In this document: piece after piece, positions 34,706 to 43,550 of the stretch
How positions within the stretch are numbered: position 1 is the first letter of the stretch
Layout: every line of letters starts with the position of its first letter
NCBI GenBank assembly: GCA_043759365.1
Contig: JAYVNB010000065.1
Coordinates: 1 to 47,507, forward strand
Length of the DNA: 47,507 nt
Direction of reading: 5' to 3'
Source: Bacteriovoracaceae bacterium
GTDB lineage: Bacteria; Bdellovibrionota; UBA1018
Program-made: the position numbers and the translations under genes
The notes under the pieces: model-generated
Databases searched by the model: none
What the model was told of the DNA's origin: nothing
What the model saw: the letters and a program-made list of their open reading frames with translations, nothing else

Positions 34706-37015
34706 TCAGTTTTCTGCGGAATCGCAGGAGTATCCCCCGCCGACGGCAGGGGCGCTCCCCATCGCGAACACCAAAGTCGCGTTTTGAAGTTCGGAATGAC
34801 GAACCATCGGTTCGCAGAGTCTGCGTCCGTTGAGGCTGACGCTTTGGACGTAGACATTCTGCTTGCTCTGGTTGGAGGTTTGGATCAAGAGCGAGTTTCC
34901 ACTGCCAAGGTTGAGGCGTGCTTCCTCGAGGCGAGGGGAGCCCAGCCAGTAGCGGTCCGTGCCCGCCTGCGGGTAGAGCCCGAGAGCCGATAGCGAATAC
35001 CAAGCCGAGATGGCGCCGGCGTCGTCGTTCCCATCCAGTCCGCTCGGGAGGTTTGCGTAACGGTTGTCCATCGCCCATCGCGCCCATTTTTGAGTGAGTT
35101 CAGGACGGCCTGCTTCGTTGAACAGGTAGATCGCGTGCATATCGTGTTCGTTACCGGCCCAATAGGCTTCGCTGGCGATGAAATCAGCTCTTCCTCGCCG
35201 AGTACCCACTTCCATGAACTTCTCCAGTTCCTTTACGAAGGTTTCGCTCCCTCCGAAGAGGCGCACCAGATCCTTTCCTTGATGAGGCACTGCAAACCGC
35301 CATTGCCAGCCGCTTCCTTCACGGAACGCGTTGGAGTTCCGATCTAGGACATGGAGGGCTAAGGGAAGTCGAGGCTGAGAACGGACGAAGCTGCCATCGG
35401 CCTTTCGGGGTGCGAAGTATCCTGTCCCTGGGTTCCAGACATTGCGGTAGTCCATGGCCTTGAGGTCGAATTCGCGGGCGATCGCGTTTTCGCCCATCGC
35501 TTCCGCCATGCGTGCGACGGAGTAATTGGACCAGGCGTACTCCTGGGTCTTGCTGACGGCGCCACCCTCGACTTGGTCGAACGGGCAATAGCCCTTATCG
35601 ATGCAAGCTTTTTCGTGGCTGGGGCCTCCTTCTCGTCCGTCCTTCACCATGAAGTTCAGCGCGGCGCGGGAATCAAAGTCTCGAATCCCTTTCTGGTAGG
35701 CTTCGCTCATCAGGAAATTGGCAGGAGTGCCGATCATGGCCAAGGCATCCCAGCTCAAGTTCGGGAATTGGGGAAGTGATCCGTCGATCTTGGCCATCTC
35801 CAGCAGGCTCTTCACGCTGTCTCGCTGCACTTCGGGTGCGATCAGGGTGTAGAGCGGATGAACCGTGCGGAACGTATCCCAGAGCGAGAAGTCGGTCAGG
35901 TAGTTGAAGTCCTGTGCAACGTGGATTTTTTGGTCGAACCCGACGTATTGCCCATTCACATCCGCAAATCGGGTCGGCATGATCATCGCGTGGTAGATGC
36001 CGGTGTAGAAGTTCACGAGGACGTCTGGGTCGGAGGATTTCGCTTCCACTCGTCCCAGCATCTCGTGCCACATCGCCTCGGCGCCCTGTTGGGCGAGATC
36101 AAAGGACTTGCCCCGTGCCTCGGTGACGAAGTTCAAGCGTGCATTGGCCATACTGACGTAGCTCATACAGAGAGTGAAGCCGACCTCGGAGATTTCGGGG
36201 CCGAACGCCAAGCCGACTCCCAGTTTTTTCCCGGTGGCGGACCGTTGACTCCCCTCGAGCCAGCTATTGCCCGACCAGACTCGGGCCATCGAGGCCTTCT
36301 CCGAGTATTCTGCGTGAAAATACGCTTTCAGCCCGCGATTGCCGCCGGTCCATTCGGTCATGCCCTCGATCATCCTGGGCTGGGCCGCGACCTGGATCCG
36401 GCTCGCGTCGCCAGCGTCATTGCCGCTGAGGGAGGAGCCGCCTTCAACGAGCAGGTAGAGGTTTTTCGAGGAATCGGTCCGCACGTAGCGATGGAACCCA
36501 CAGTGGGGTGATGCCGTCAGCTCGGCGCGGAAACCTTCTTCCGGAAAAGCCAATGAGTAGAAGCCAGGGGACGCGATCTCTTGGTCCGCATCGTGGTGGA
36601 CCTTGAGAAGGGCGCCACGGCGCTCGAAGGAGTCCGGATGAGTCAGGGGATGGACTCGGAACAGCCCTCCCACTTTTCCGCCAGTGCCGGACTGCCGGGT
36701 ATGGCTGAAGCCGAGGAATCGATCGTGCCTGAAGTTGTATCCGGAGCTCCCCACGTGGGCGTCCTCGACGGCGTGTTGAACGGCGTTGGAAAATCGCGTG
36801 TCCGGGCTCAGGCGAACCATTCCGAACGGGGTGGTCGCCCCTGGAAAGTCCTGTCCTGAATTCGAGCCGGTCAGGTTTGTGCTGCCTCCGGTACCGATGA
36901 GCGGGTTTACGGGTTCAGCGACTTGAGCGAAGGATTGGCTCATGATCGCCGCTTGGGAAGTCATGGCCACAAGGCTCAACCAGATACTTTTGCTCGCGTT
37001 CCTGCGGATCGACAT
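34706..37015 (-). CDS. Glycoside hydrolase family 92 (alpha-mannosidase), secreted
   Basis: The track ORF is trimmed to ATG 37013-37015 (signal peptide MSIRRNASKSIWLSLVAMTSQAAIMSQSFA). GGSTNLTGSNSGQDFPGATTPFGMVRLSPDT is the GH92 N-terminal signature. The size of about 770 aa fits. Confidence 0.86.
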   Translation of the reverse strand: MSIRRNASKSIWLSLVAMTSQAAIMSQSFAQVAEPVNPLIGTGGSTNLTGSNSGQDFPGATTPFGMVRLSPDTRFSNAVQHAVEDAHVGSSGYNFRHDRFLGFSHTRQSGTGGKVGGLFRVHPLTHPDSFERRGALLKVHHDADQEIASPGFYSLAFPEEGFRAELTASPHCGFHRYVRTDSSKNLYLLVEGGSSLSGNDAGDASRIQVAAQPRMIEGMTEWTGGNRGLKAYFHAEYSEKASMARVWSGNSWLEGSQRSATGKKLGVGLAFGPEISEVGFTLCMSYVSMANARLNFVTEARGKSFDLAQQGAEAMWHEMLGRVEAKSSDPDVLVNFYTGIYHAMIMPTRFADVNGQYVGFDQKIHVAQDFNYLTDFSLWDTFRTVHPLYTLIAPEVQRDSVKSLLEMAKIDGSLPQFPNLSWDALAMIGTPANFLMSEAYQKGIRDFDSRAALNFMVKDGREGGPSHEKACIDKGYCPFDQVEGGAVSKTQEYAWSNYSVARMAEAMGENAIAREFDLKAMDYRNVWNPGTGYFAPRKADGSFVRSQPRLPLALHVLDRNSNAFREGSGWQWRFAVPHQGKDLVRLFGGSETFVKELEKFMEVGTRRGRADFIASEAYWAGNEHDMHAIYLFNEAGRPELTQKWARWAMDNRYANLPSGLDGNDDAGAISAWYSLSALGLYPQAGTDRYWLGSPRLEEARLNLGSGNSLLIQTSNQSKQNVYVQSVSLNGRRLCEPMVRHSELQNATLVFAMGSAPAVGGGYSCDSAEN

Positions 37016-37133
37016 GCGTTCACTCCGTTCTCGGTAATTCAATCGAGTCCGGGCCAAGGGAGCAATTGCCGTGCCTAAAAAGACATAGTTATTATGTAAT
37101 AAAACCGGGGAGGGAATGGCGCCTGCGAGCAAA

Positions 37134-37156
37134 GGGTGTCCACGTCGTTGACACCC
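37134..37156 (-). terminator. Hairpin downstream of pepA
   Basis: GGGTGTC (37134-37140) pairs with GACACCC (37150-37156). On the - strand it is followed by TTTGCTCG. It overlaps the perfect 12-bp palindrome CCCGTGCACGGG (37154-37165). Confidence 0.4.
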
Positions 37157-37183
37157 GTGCACGGGCTGTCTTGGTTTCTTCGG

Positions 37184-38662
37184 TCACTTTTTCTTGGAGG
37201 ATTCGCCTGCGAGATGGACGGCCAAAGCGGTTAGTGCATGCACCATTCGTCCCGCGGCCGGAACATAGGCTCCGCCCGCGGCAGGCTCGCCCAAGTCGAC
37301 GGTGCCAGCGATGTCGAGATGGACCCAAGGCACGTTTTCGACGAAGCGCTCGAGGAACTTGGCGCCGATGGTGGCGCCGCCTTCGCGGGATTTGCCCATG
37401 TTGGAGAAGTCAGCGACTTTGCTCTTGAGCTCCTCGCCGTATCGCGGCGACATTGGCATCGGCCAAGCGGGTTCGCCCGACTTGTCGCAGACCTTGCGGA
37501 CCGTGTCGCCGAACTCCGTGCTGTTGGTGAAGAGTCCAGAGTTATGGTGGCCGAGCGCCACCATGCATGCTCCGGTCAAAGTCGCGACATCGACGATGTG
37601 ACTGGCTTTGTTTTTCACTGCGTAATGGAGTGCATCAGCCAGGATGAGGCGACCTTCGGCGTCCGTATTCATGATCTCGACGGTTTTTCCGGAGTAGGCA
37701 GTGACGACGTCGCCCGGATGGATCGCTCCGGGTCCGATCGCGTTCGAGGTCAGGGGAGTGACGGCTGTCACTTGGATTCCGGGGCGGAGCTGAGAAATCG
37801 CCAGCATCGCGCCCAAAACTGCGGCCGCGCCGCCCATGTCTTTTTTCATCCAAAGCAGGTCTTGCCAAGAGCCAGTCTTGAGGTTGATCCCGCCCGTGTC
37901 GAAAGTCACTCCCTTGCCGACTAGAAAAAGGTGGCTCTTCGACTTCAAGTCTTTGCCATAGCGGGCGATCAGAAAACGGGGCGGGGTGTCGGAGCCTTGC
38001 GCGACTGCCTCGAAAAGTCCCATCCCTTCCTTCTTGATCCGTTTCTCGTCCCAGACCTCGATCTCGATGCGTCCCTTGTCGGCGGCTTCCTGGAACCGCC
38101 TGACGATGTTCTGGGCATCGCCATGGGCGGGTGGGAGCTCAGTTAGTCCGCGGGCAAAAGCGATGGCTTGAGCGAGCGCTGTGATCATCTGCAGATCCGA
38201 CTTGTCGAGAAGGGTGGCGGCACCCCCGTTGAGGTAGACCTTCTTCAGGTCTTGCTTCTTTTGGTCGCTCTTGGATTTGAGCTCTTCGAAGCGGTAGTTT
38301 CCGAGCAATAGGCCCTTCAGGAAATTGATCGCGATGCCCTTTTCGCCGAGTTCGGAAGGGAAGAGAACCTGGATCTCCTCCACGTGCTCTTTATTGAGGG
38401 CGTGTCCCGCATGCTCGCCCCACTCGCAGGCTTCTTGCTCAGTGAAGTCCTTGGGTTTGCCGATGCCCAGGACGACCAAGGTCGTGGCACCATGGAGGAC
38501 GAGTTTCGCGCCCCGCTCGCCACGGAGGGCTGGGTGGTCCTTGAGGTGGGGAGGAATGTTCTTGCCTGCGGCGCCAGGGACTTCGCCTTTGGTGGCGACG
38601 AGCGCGAGCTGATGGGTGCGCGCGGGCGCGGCTTGGAGTTCGAGCGAGGGGGAACGGTACAT
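37184..38662 (-). CDS. pepA: Leucyl aminopeptidase (M17)
   Basis: NTDAEGRLILADAL signature and VGKGVTFDTGGINLK. 492 aa. Confidence 0.93.
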   Translation of the reverse strand: MYRSPSLELQAAPARTHQLALVATKGEVPGAAGKNIPPHLKDHPALRGERGAKLVLHGATTLVVLGIGKPKDFTEQEACEWGEHAGHALNKEHVEEIQVLFPSELGEKGIAINFLKGLLLGNYRFEELKSKSDQKKQDLKKVYLNGGAATLLDKSDLQMITALAQAIAFARGLTELPPAHGDAQNIVRRFQEAADKGRIEIEVWDEKRIKKEGMGLFEAVAQGSDTPPRFLIARYGKDLKSKSHLFLVGKGVTFDTGGINLKTGSWQDLLWMKKDMGGAAAVLGAMLAISQLRPGIQVTAVTPLTSNAIGPGAIHPGDVVTAYSGKTVEIMNTDAEGRLILADALHYAVKNKASHIVDVATLTGACMVALGHHNSGLFTNSTEFGDTVRKVCDKSGEPAWPMPMSPRYGEELKSKVADFSNMGKSREGGATIGAKFLERFVENVPWVHLDIAGTVDLGEPAAGGAYVPAAGRMVHALTALAVHLAGESSKKK

Positions 38663-38753
38663 TCGGGAGTCTCCTTGAGAAGACGCCAGATTAGCAAAAC
38701 CTGGCGGCTTGACAAGGACGATGGAGGACGAAGGCCGCGAAAGAAGCGGGGAC

Positions 38754-39425
38754 TTAGCGGCGCATCCGTCCCCAGAACTGCGTCGCGGCGGAGCGCATCG
38801 TCTGGCATTGGTCCTGGGTCAAATTGACGGAATCGGGGTAGATAATCGCGTCCAGGAGGTTCGAACGATCGTTCACGTGGTCGAGGTTCAAGTAGTGGCC
38901 GAGTTCATGGGCCAGGATATTCGGGAAATCGGCGACGCTGGCCTCTAGGACTGCACCGTACGTTCCTGTGCCGGGCGTCGAAGTCCAGGCGTTCTTCACC
39001 GTGCCCCAAGGACCAGTTTGGACGATCAGGAGGGAATCGTCGAAGCCGAAGGTCTTGCGGATCTCGTCGAGCTGGTTGACTGACTGCGCGCCGAAGGCGA
39101 GGTTGAGGGTCGTCGGGTCCACGGCTTTGTATTCGTCGATCTGGAACTGGATGCCGCATTGTTTGTAGATCGCATTGGTGGCGCGGATGTTGGATGTGGC
39201 GAGTTCAGAGCTCACGACGGCGGTGCCTCTCGAGTCCTGGTAGCTGACATACCGGACGCCCAGGCAGATCTGGTTTGGGTCCGAAGAATTGCAACTGTCG
39301 CCGACCGCTGCCTGGGTGCCGCCCCCGAAGTGGGTGCTCATGTCACCGCTTCCCGAGTCACAGGCGGTTGCGATTGCGGCGATGGACGAGAGACCGACGA
39401 GAACCTTGAGATTTGTAAGAGCCAT
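38754..39425 (-). CDS. Metzincin-like zinc metalloprotease lipoprotein
   Basis: The track ORF is trimmed to ATG 39423-39425. Lipobox AAIATACDSG. HELGHYLNLDH is an HExxHxxxxxH zinc site, with Asn where metzincins usually have Gly. Confidence 0.72.
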   Translation of the reverse strand: MALTNLKVLVGLSSIAAIATACDSGSGDMSTHFGGGTQAAVGDSCNSSDPNQICLGVRYVSYQDSRGTAVVSSELATSNIRATNAIYKQCGIQFQIDEYKAVDPTTLNLAFGAQSVNQLDEIRKTFGFDDSLLIVQTGPWGTVKNAWTSTPGTGTYGAVLEASVADFPNILAHELGHYLNLDHVNDRSNLLDAIIYPDSVNLTQDQCQTMRSAATQFWGRMRR

Positions 39426-39483
39426 GACTTCCTTCTCCTCCGTGCGAATGGGAACCGTCCGCTTCCCCGCCATCCTGGCGTTT

Positions 39484-39523
39484 GGGAAAAAGAAATCCTC
39501 ATCCGTGCTGATCGCGGATGAGG
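39484..39523 (-). terminator. Strong rho-independent terminator
   Basis: On the - strand CCTCATCCG-CGATCAGCA-CGGATGAGG forms a 9-bp stem (39497-39523), followed by AUUUCUUUUUCCC (39484-39496). Confidence 0.7.
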
Positions 39524-39663
39524 CGTGGCGGCTCGAAGTCAGAACGAATCCTGGGCGACAAACACTGAATGCCCCAGGCCCCGCTCTGCTTTGCGTTGGT
39601 TCAGTGACGTTACGGGGGACCGCTCCTCAGGTCGAGCGGAAATCGTGCATTTTTCAGTAAATC

Positions 39664-40152
39664 TTATGTAAGCGAGCGGCCTGTGAGCTCTCGCACTCCG
39701 GCTTTGCTGGGGCGAAAACGGATAAGCCCCCAGGCGGTCGCGGCCGCGAAAGGCAGGATCAGACCAGGCTTCGCGGTGGCAATTGAGGCGACGAAACCCG
39801 TGACTTCGACTCCGAGGAAAAGCGCGTGCTGCAGGGCGAACGTTGGAAAATAGAGTTTGAGCAATTCACGATCGGAATCCGTGCCGTCCACCGGAAGTCG
39901 GGCGACCCTGTTTCTGAGTGCGAATCCTGGGATAAGAAGGGCAGCCACGAAGTCGGCCAGTGAGAGGAGGGTCAAGGCGACCTCAAGCGGTTCCGACCAG
40001 GACGGAAAAAAGCCGAGGCGGTTTTCCACCGTCATGAAGGGGAGTAGTCCGATGCGAATCAGAAGGAGCAGCAGGAAAACGAGAAAATAGAGCCTCCAGA
40101 TCAACTTCAGAACCGGGAAAACCAGCTCGGAAGCACGCTCGGGTGGGTGCAT
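39664..40152 (-). CDS. Hypothetical membrane protein (about 4 TM)
   Basis: 162 aa with hydrophobic segments (LYFLVFLLLLLIRIGLLPF, VALTLLSLADFVAALLIPGF, HALFLGVEVTGFVASIA, LILPFAAATAWGLI). No family recognised. Confidence 0.55.
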   Translation of the reverse strand: MHPPERASELVFPVLKLIWRLYFLVFLLLLLIRIGLLPFMTVENRLGFFPSWSEPLEVALTLLSLADFVAALLIPGFALRNRVARLPVDGTDSDRELLKLYFPTFALQHALFLGVEVTGFVASIATAKPGLILPFAAATAWGLIRFRPSKAGVRELTGRSLT

Positions 40153-40256
40153 GGCGCTACCGAAACTCCATTGTGCTGATTCGAGCAGTCAACCCAGTTC
40201 GTCCGTTCATGGGTCGAGTTTATCGCGGAGCCAGAACGAGCGACAGAGGGAACTTC

Positions 40257-40523
40257 TCAACCCGCTTCCTGCGATCTGTCTTTCAGGCAGTCCACCGGTT
40301 GCCCGAACGGCAGGAAGGCCCCTTCTCCGCCCGAAGCGCCGGATCCGCTCGAAGTTGCAAGCCCTTGGGCGACTTCCCCCGAGTCTTTGGCGACATTTTG
40401 CAGCTCACTTAGCTGCGCGTCGCTGCGCACCGTCGATTTTGTCGAAGTGTCGTGAGGCTTTCGAGCCCCCTGTCGATCGGCTGCTTCGCGACTCTTGCCG
40501 AACCACGCATTGAAGATTCCCAT
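40257..40523 (-). CDS. Small hypothetical protein
   Basis: 88-aa ORF whose third-position GC looks like coding sequence. The competing + strand ORFs are Arg/Ser-rich shadow frames. The Shine-Dalgarno motif is weak. Confidence 0.4.
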   Translation of the reverse strand: MGIFNAWFGKSREAADRQGARKPHDTSTKSTVRSDAQLSELQNVAKDSGEVAQGLATSSGSGASGGEGAFLPFGQPVDCLKDRSQEAG

Positions 40524-40692
40524 GATCGCCCAGAGTGCAAGAAATGCCCCTTGGCTTGAGGCTCAGTAAGTGATCCAACTTCTGAACGAAAAGGCGCTCA
40601 GTTTGAGGGCTGAACGACCTCATTTGCGGTATTCTAGGACGTTGAGGGCTGATGAGGCGCAGAGCACTCGTCAAGGGCGATGCAGTTGGGGT

Positions 40693-41823
40693 ATGAACCG
40701 GAGGGTGACGAGCGCCTCCGATCCATTCCTGATTTCTGCTTCCGATGCATTGGTACTCCTTCTGAAGGACAGTCCTCCCGTGGCCATTGATGTACGATCG
40801 GAAGGGGAGTATCAGAAGGGCTCCGTTCCCGGGTTCTCGAACCAGCCGATCCTCGGTAATTCCGAGAGGCACCAAGTCGGTCTCACCTACAAACGCGAGG
40901 GTCAGGAGGTCGCTGTACGTCTCGGCTATGATCTGGTCGGCCCCGTCAAGGATGAGCGGGTGCGAGGATGGCTTCAGCTTGCTGCCTCTCCCGCCAGAAA
41001 CTCCGTTCCGCTGGTGTCCTGCTGGCGTGGGGGGATGAGATCCCAAATCGCTTGTGCATGGATGCGGGAGGCGGGCTCCGAGACTCTCAGGGTTCAAGGC
41101 GGCTACAAGGCGCTTCGGAACCTTCTCCTGCCGATGTTGGATCAGGTTCCCCCTCTCTGGGTCGTGAGTGGGATGACTGGAAGCGGAAAGACGGAGTTGA
41201 TTCAAGGGGTTCGAGTCCCGAAGGTCGATCTCGAAGGACTGGCCCATCACCGAGGAAGCTCGTTTGGTCGAAGGCTGGACAATTGGCAGCCTGCCCAGGC
41301 GAGCTTCGAGAATCAGCTAGCGATGTCACTGGCGTCGCCGCGCGAGGGGGGGGGCTCGCGGATCTTGGTCGAGGACGAGAGCATTTTCATCGGAGCGCTC
41401 CGTCTACCTAAGTCCCTCAAGGAATCCATGAAACGCGCGCCGGTCATTTTTCTGGAAACGACCGACGAGGAACGGCTGGTCCGACTACATCGCGACTATG
41501 TCATCGCTCCGGTGACGGAGGCAGGGGACAAGGAGCCTGTTCTTCGGTCGCTGCTGGACTCCCTCGAACGCGTGCGTCCGAAACTGGGTGGGCAGGAGGC
41601 GGACCGGATCCGGAAGGCGATCCAGGATGCTTTTGCCCGTGAAGTGTCAGAATTGGTCAGTGACCCCGAGCCGCATCGCGATTGGATCGTCGGCCTCCTT
41701 CACTCCTATTACGATAAACTCTATTTGTATTCGTTTGAACATTCTAACAGCGAACGACCCGTGGTCTTTCGCGGAGGATTCGAAGCATGTCGCCAGTGGA
41801 TCGAGAGCCGACCATCCGTTTGA
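40693..41823 (+). CDS. selU: tRNA 2-selenouridine(34) synthase
   Basis: The track ORF is trimmed to ATG 40693. Rhodanese active site VSCWRGGMRS (E. coli CCARGGQRS), P-loop GMTGSGKT, VDLEGLAHHRGSSFGR, and YYDKLYLYSF...VVFRG as in E. coli SelU/MnmH. Confidence 0.92.
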   Translation: MNRRVTSASDPFLISASDALVLLLKDSPPVAIDVRSEGEYQKGSVPGFSNQPILGNSERHQVGLTYKREGQEVAVRLGYDLVGPVKDERVRGWLQLAASPARNSVPLVSCWRGGMRSQIACAWMREAGSETLRVQGGYKALRNLLLPMLDQVPPLWVVSGMTGSGKTELIQGVRVPKVDLEGLAHHRGSSFGRRLDNWQPAQASFENQLAMSLASPREGGGSRILVEDESIFIGALRLPKSLKESMKRAPVIFLETTDEERLVRLHRDYVIAPVTEAGDKEPVLRSLLDSLERVRPKLGGQEADRIRKAIQDAFAREVSELVSDPEPHRDWIVGLLHSYYDKLYLYSFEHSNSERPVVFRGGFEACRQWIESRPSV

Positions 41824-42851
41824 CTGAGACCGTGAAAAAAGGAGGGTGCGCTGCCAAGCTCCCGGCAGGACAGCTTCGCCAAGTGCTGGGGCGATTGGCG
41901 TTGAAGCCGCGGCCCGAACTCATCGTCGGTACCGAAACGCTGGATGACGCATGCCTTTGGGATCTCGGAGACGGGAGGCTTTTGGTCCAGACGCTCGATT
42001 TCTTCACTCCGATTGTCGACGATCCCCGGGACTTCGGAGCGATCGCCGCCGCCAATGCGATTAGTGACGTCTATGCGATGGGGGGAGAGCCGCTGACGGC
42101 GCTCACGATCCTCGCGTTTCCGACCCAGGTCTTGCCCATCGGGCTTCTCGAACCCTTGATGGAAGGCGCGCTCGAGAAAATCCATGAGGCGGGCGCCTGC
42201 CTCGCGGGCGGACATACGATCGATGACGATACCTTGAAGCTTGGTTTTTCGGTGACCGGTCAGGTCGCCCGCGCAAAAGCGTGGACCAACGCCGGCGCGC
42301 TTCCCGGCGATGTCCTCATCCTGACGAAAGGTTTGGGAACCGGGACCATCACGACCGCACTCAAGATCCGCGAAGCGAAGCTGGAGTGGGTGAGTGCCGC
42401 CATCGCCAGCATGAAACAGCTCAATCGGGCTCCCGAGCTTTTGAAGGAAGTGAAGGTTTCCGCTGCGACCGATGTCACGGGTTTCGGTTTGGCAGGTCAC
42501 CTTTTGCAGATGATGCGCGCAAGCGGGACCCAAGCCGAAGTCCGCTTGGCCGAGCTTCCGCTCATCGATGGGGCCCGCGAATGCTTGCAGGAGGAGATGC
42601 TGAACCGAGCCCATAAAACAAACGAGGAATATGTCCTGGACTCCGTGACTCACGAAGGAGCGGAGGACTGGCAGAGATGGCTCACTTTCGATCCTCAGAC
42701 TTCGGGGGGGCTCTTGCTCAGTGTGCCCGAGTGGCAGGCTTCGCAGGTGGTTTCGCTCTTGAGCGGAAGGTTTCCGAAAACCACGGTCGTTGGAAGGGTT
42801 TTGTCTCGTGAGGCAGCGTCTCGGGAGCCAGTGATTCGATTCTTGAGCTGA
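41787..42851 (+). CDS. selD: Selenide, water dikinase (selenophosphate synthetase), Cys-type
   Basis: IRLTETVKKGGCAAK aligns with E. coli IRLTQYSHGAGCGCK (Cys and Lys conserved). DDACLWD and GGHTIDD are present. The ORF overlaps the selU 3' end by 37 nt. Confidence 0.93.
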   Translation: MSPVDREPTIRLTETVKKGGCAAKLPAGQLRQVLGRLALKPRPELIVGTETLDDACLWDLGDGRLLVQTLDFFTPIVDDPRDFGAIAAANAISDVYAMGGEPLTALTILAFPTQVLPIGLLEPLMEGALEKIHEAGACLAGGHTIDDDTLKLGFSVTGQVARAKAWTNAGALPGDVLILTKGLGTGTITTALKIREAKLEWVSAAIASMKQLNRAPELLKEVKVSAATDVTGFGLAGHLLQMMRASGTQAEVRLAELPLIDGARECLQEEMLNRAHKTNEEYVLDSVTHEGAEDWQRWLTFDPQTSGGLLLSVPEWQASQVVSLLSGRFPKTTVVGRVLSREAASREPVIRFLS

Positions 42852-42871
42852 GGGTTCGGCTCAGCTTGAGC

Positions 42872-43441
42872 CTAGCTGAGGTCGATCTCCGTGAAGCTGA
42901 TGTCGAGGATCGAATAGTCTTTCCACGACGCGTGATCGAAATGCCACCATTCATAGGGGTTGACTTGGAACCCTTGATCCGCCATCGCGGCAATCAAGAG
43001 GTCGCGGGACCGACGGGAAGCAGCGCTGCCTCCGGTGTAGCCTGGGGCTGATCGCTCGGTCATTTCGTCGAAGCCACTGGGCATCTCGACTTCGAGTCCC
43101 GTGGCAAATTCGAAAAGAGTGAGGTCGACGGCACACCCGCGGTTGTGGCGGGAGCCTTGGGCGGGATCAGCGACGTATCGCCGCAGATCCTCGGTCACGG
43201 CTTCCCAAAACAACCGGGTCACCGACCACGGACGGTAGCCGTCGAAAATTAAGAGTCCATGGCCGGAGGCGCTCAAGGTTCGATGAGCCCTGAAGAGGGC
43301 CTCGGCTGCAGGCCTCTGTAGAAACGCCCGGGGCTCAGCATAGACCGCGCGGCCGACGAAGTTCGCGGGGGTTGCGTAGCGGACATCCAGTTTCAAAGTG
43401 GGATCCAGTCGAATGAGCTCGACCAACTCTGTGGGTTTCAT
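42872..43441 (-). CDS. ddpX: D-alanyl-D-alanine dipeptidase (M15D, VanX/DdpX family)
   Basis: FDGYRPWS, SRHNRGCAVDLTLF and EWWHFDH zinc and catalytic motifs. 189 aa. Confidence 0.9.
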   Translation of the reverse strand: MKPTELVELIRLDPTLKLDVRYATPANFVGRAVYAEPRAFLQRPAAEALFRAHRTLSASGHGLLIFDGYRPWSVTRLFWEAVTEDLRRYVADPAQGSRHNRGCAVDLTLFEFATGLEVEMPSGFDEMTERSAPGYTGGSAASRRSRDLLIAAMADQGFQVNPYEWWHFDHASWKDYSILDISFTEIDLS

Positions 43442-43494
43442 GATTTCGTTTCAGCGTAACCCGAAAAGGGCGTGTATGCCGCTTGAAATAGGAA

Positions 43495-43525
43495 GAGCCC
43501 GGTAGGCGAGCGGCCTACCGGGCTC
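43495..43525. terminator. 13-bp perfect-stem hairpin downstream of the large ORFan gene
   Basis: GAGCCCGGTAGGC-GAGCG-GCCTACCGGGCTC. It is followed by TTCCTATTTC on the - strand and by CTTGGTTTTT on the + strand. Confidence 0.6.
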
Positions 43526-43550
43526 CTTGGTTTTTAGTGCATTTCTCAGC

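Noticed and set aside
34665-35087. 140-aa - strand ORF overlapping the GH92 3' end in another frame.
   Set aside because: Its translation is Arg/Pro/Gly-rich, and it is fully overlapped by a gene with a strong family signature.
41206-41219. GGGGTTCGAGTCCC, a tRNA T-arm-like sequence.
   Set aside because: It lies inside the selU coding frame (IQGVRVPKV). The flanks cannot form acceptor, D or anticodon stems.
42852-42871. 7-bp inverted repeat (CTCAGCT / AGCTGAG) between the convergent selD and ddpX genes.
   Set aside because: The stem is too short, has no U-tracts, and overlaps the flanking coding ends. There is not enough evidence to call it a terminator.
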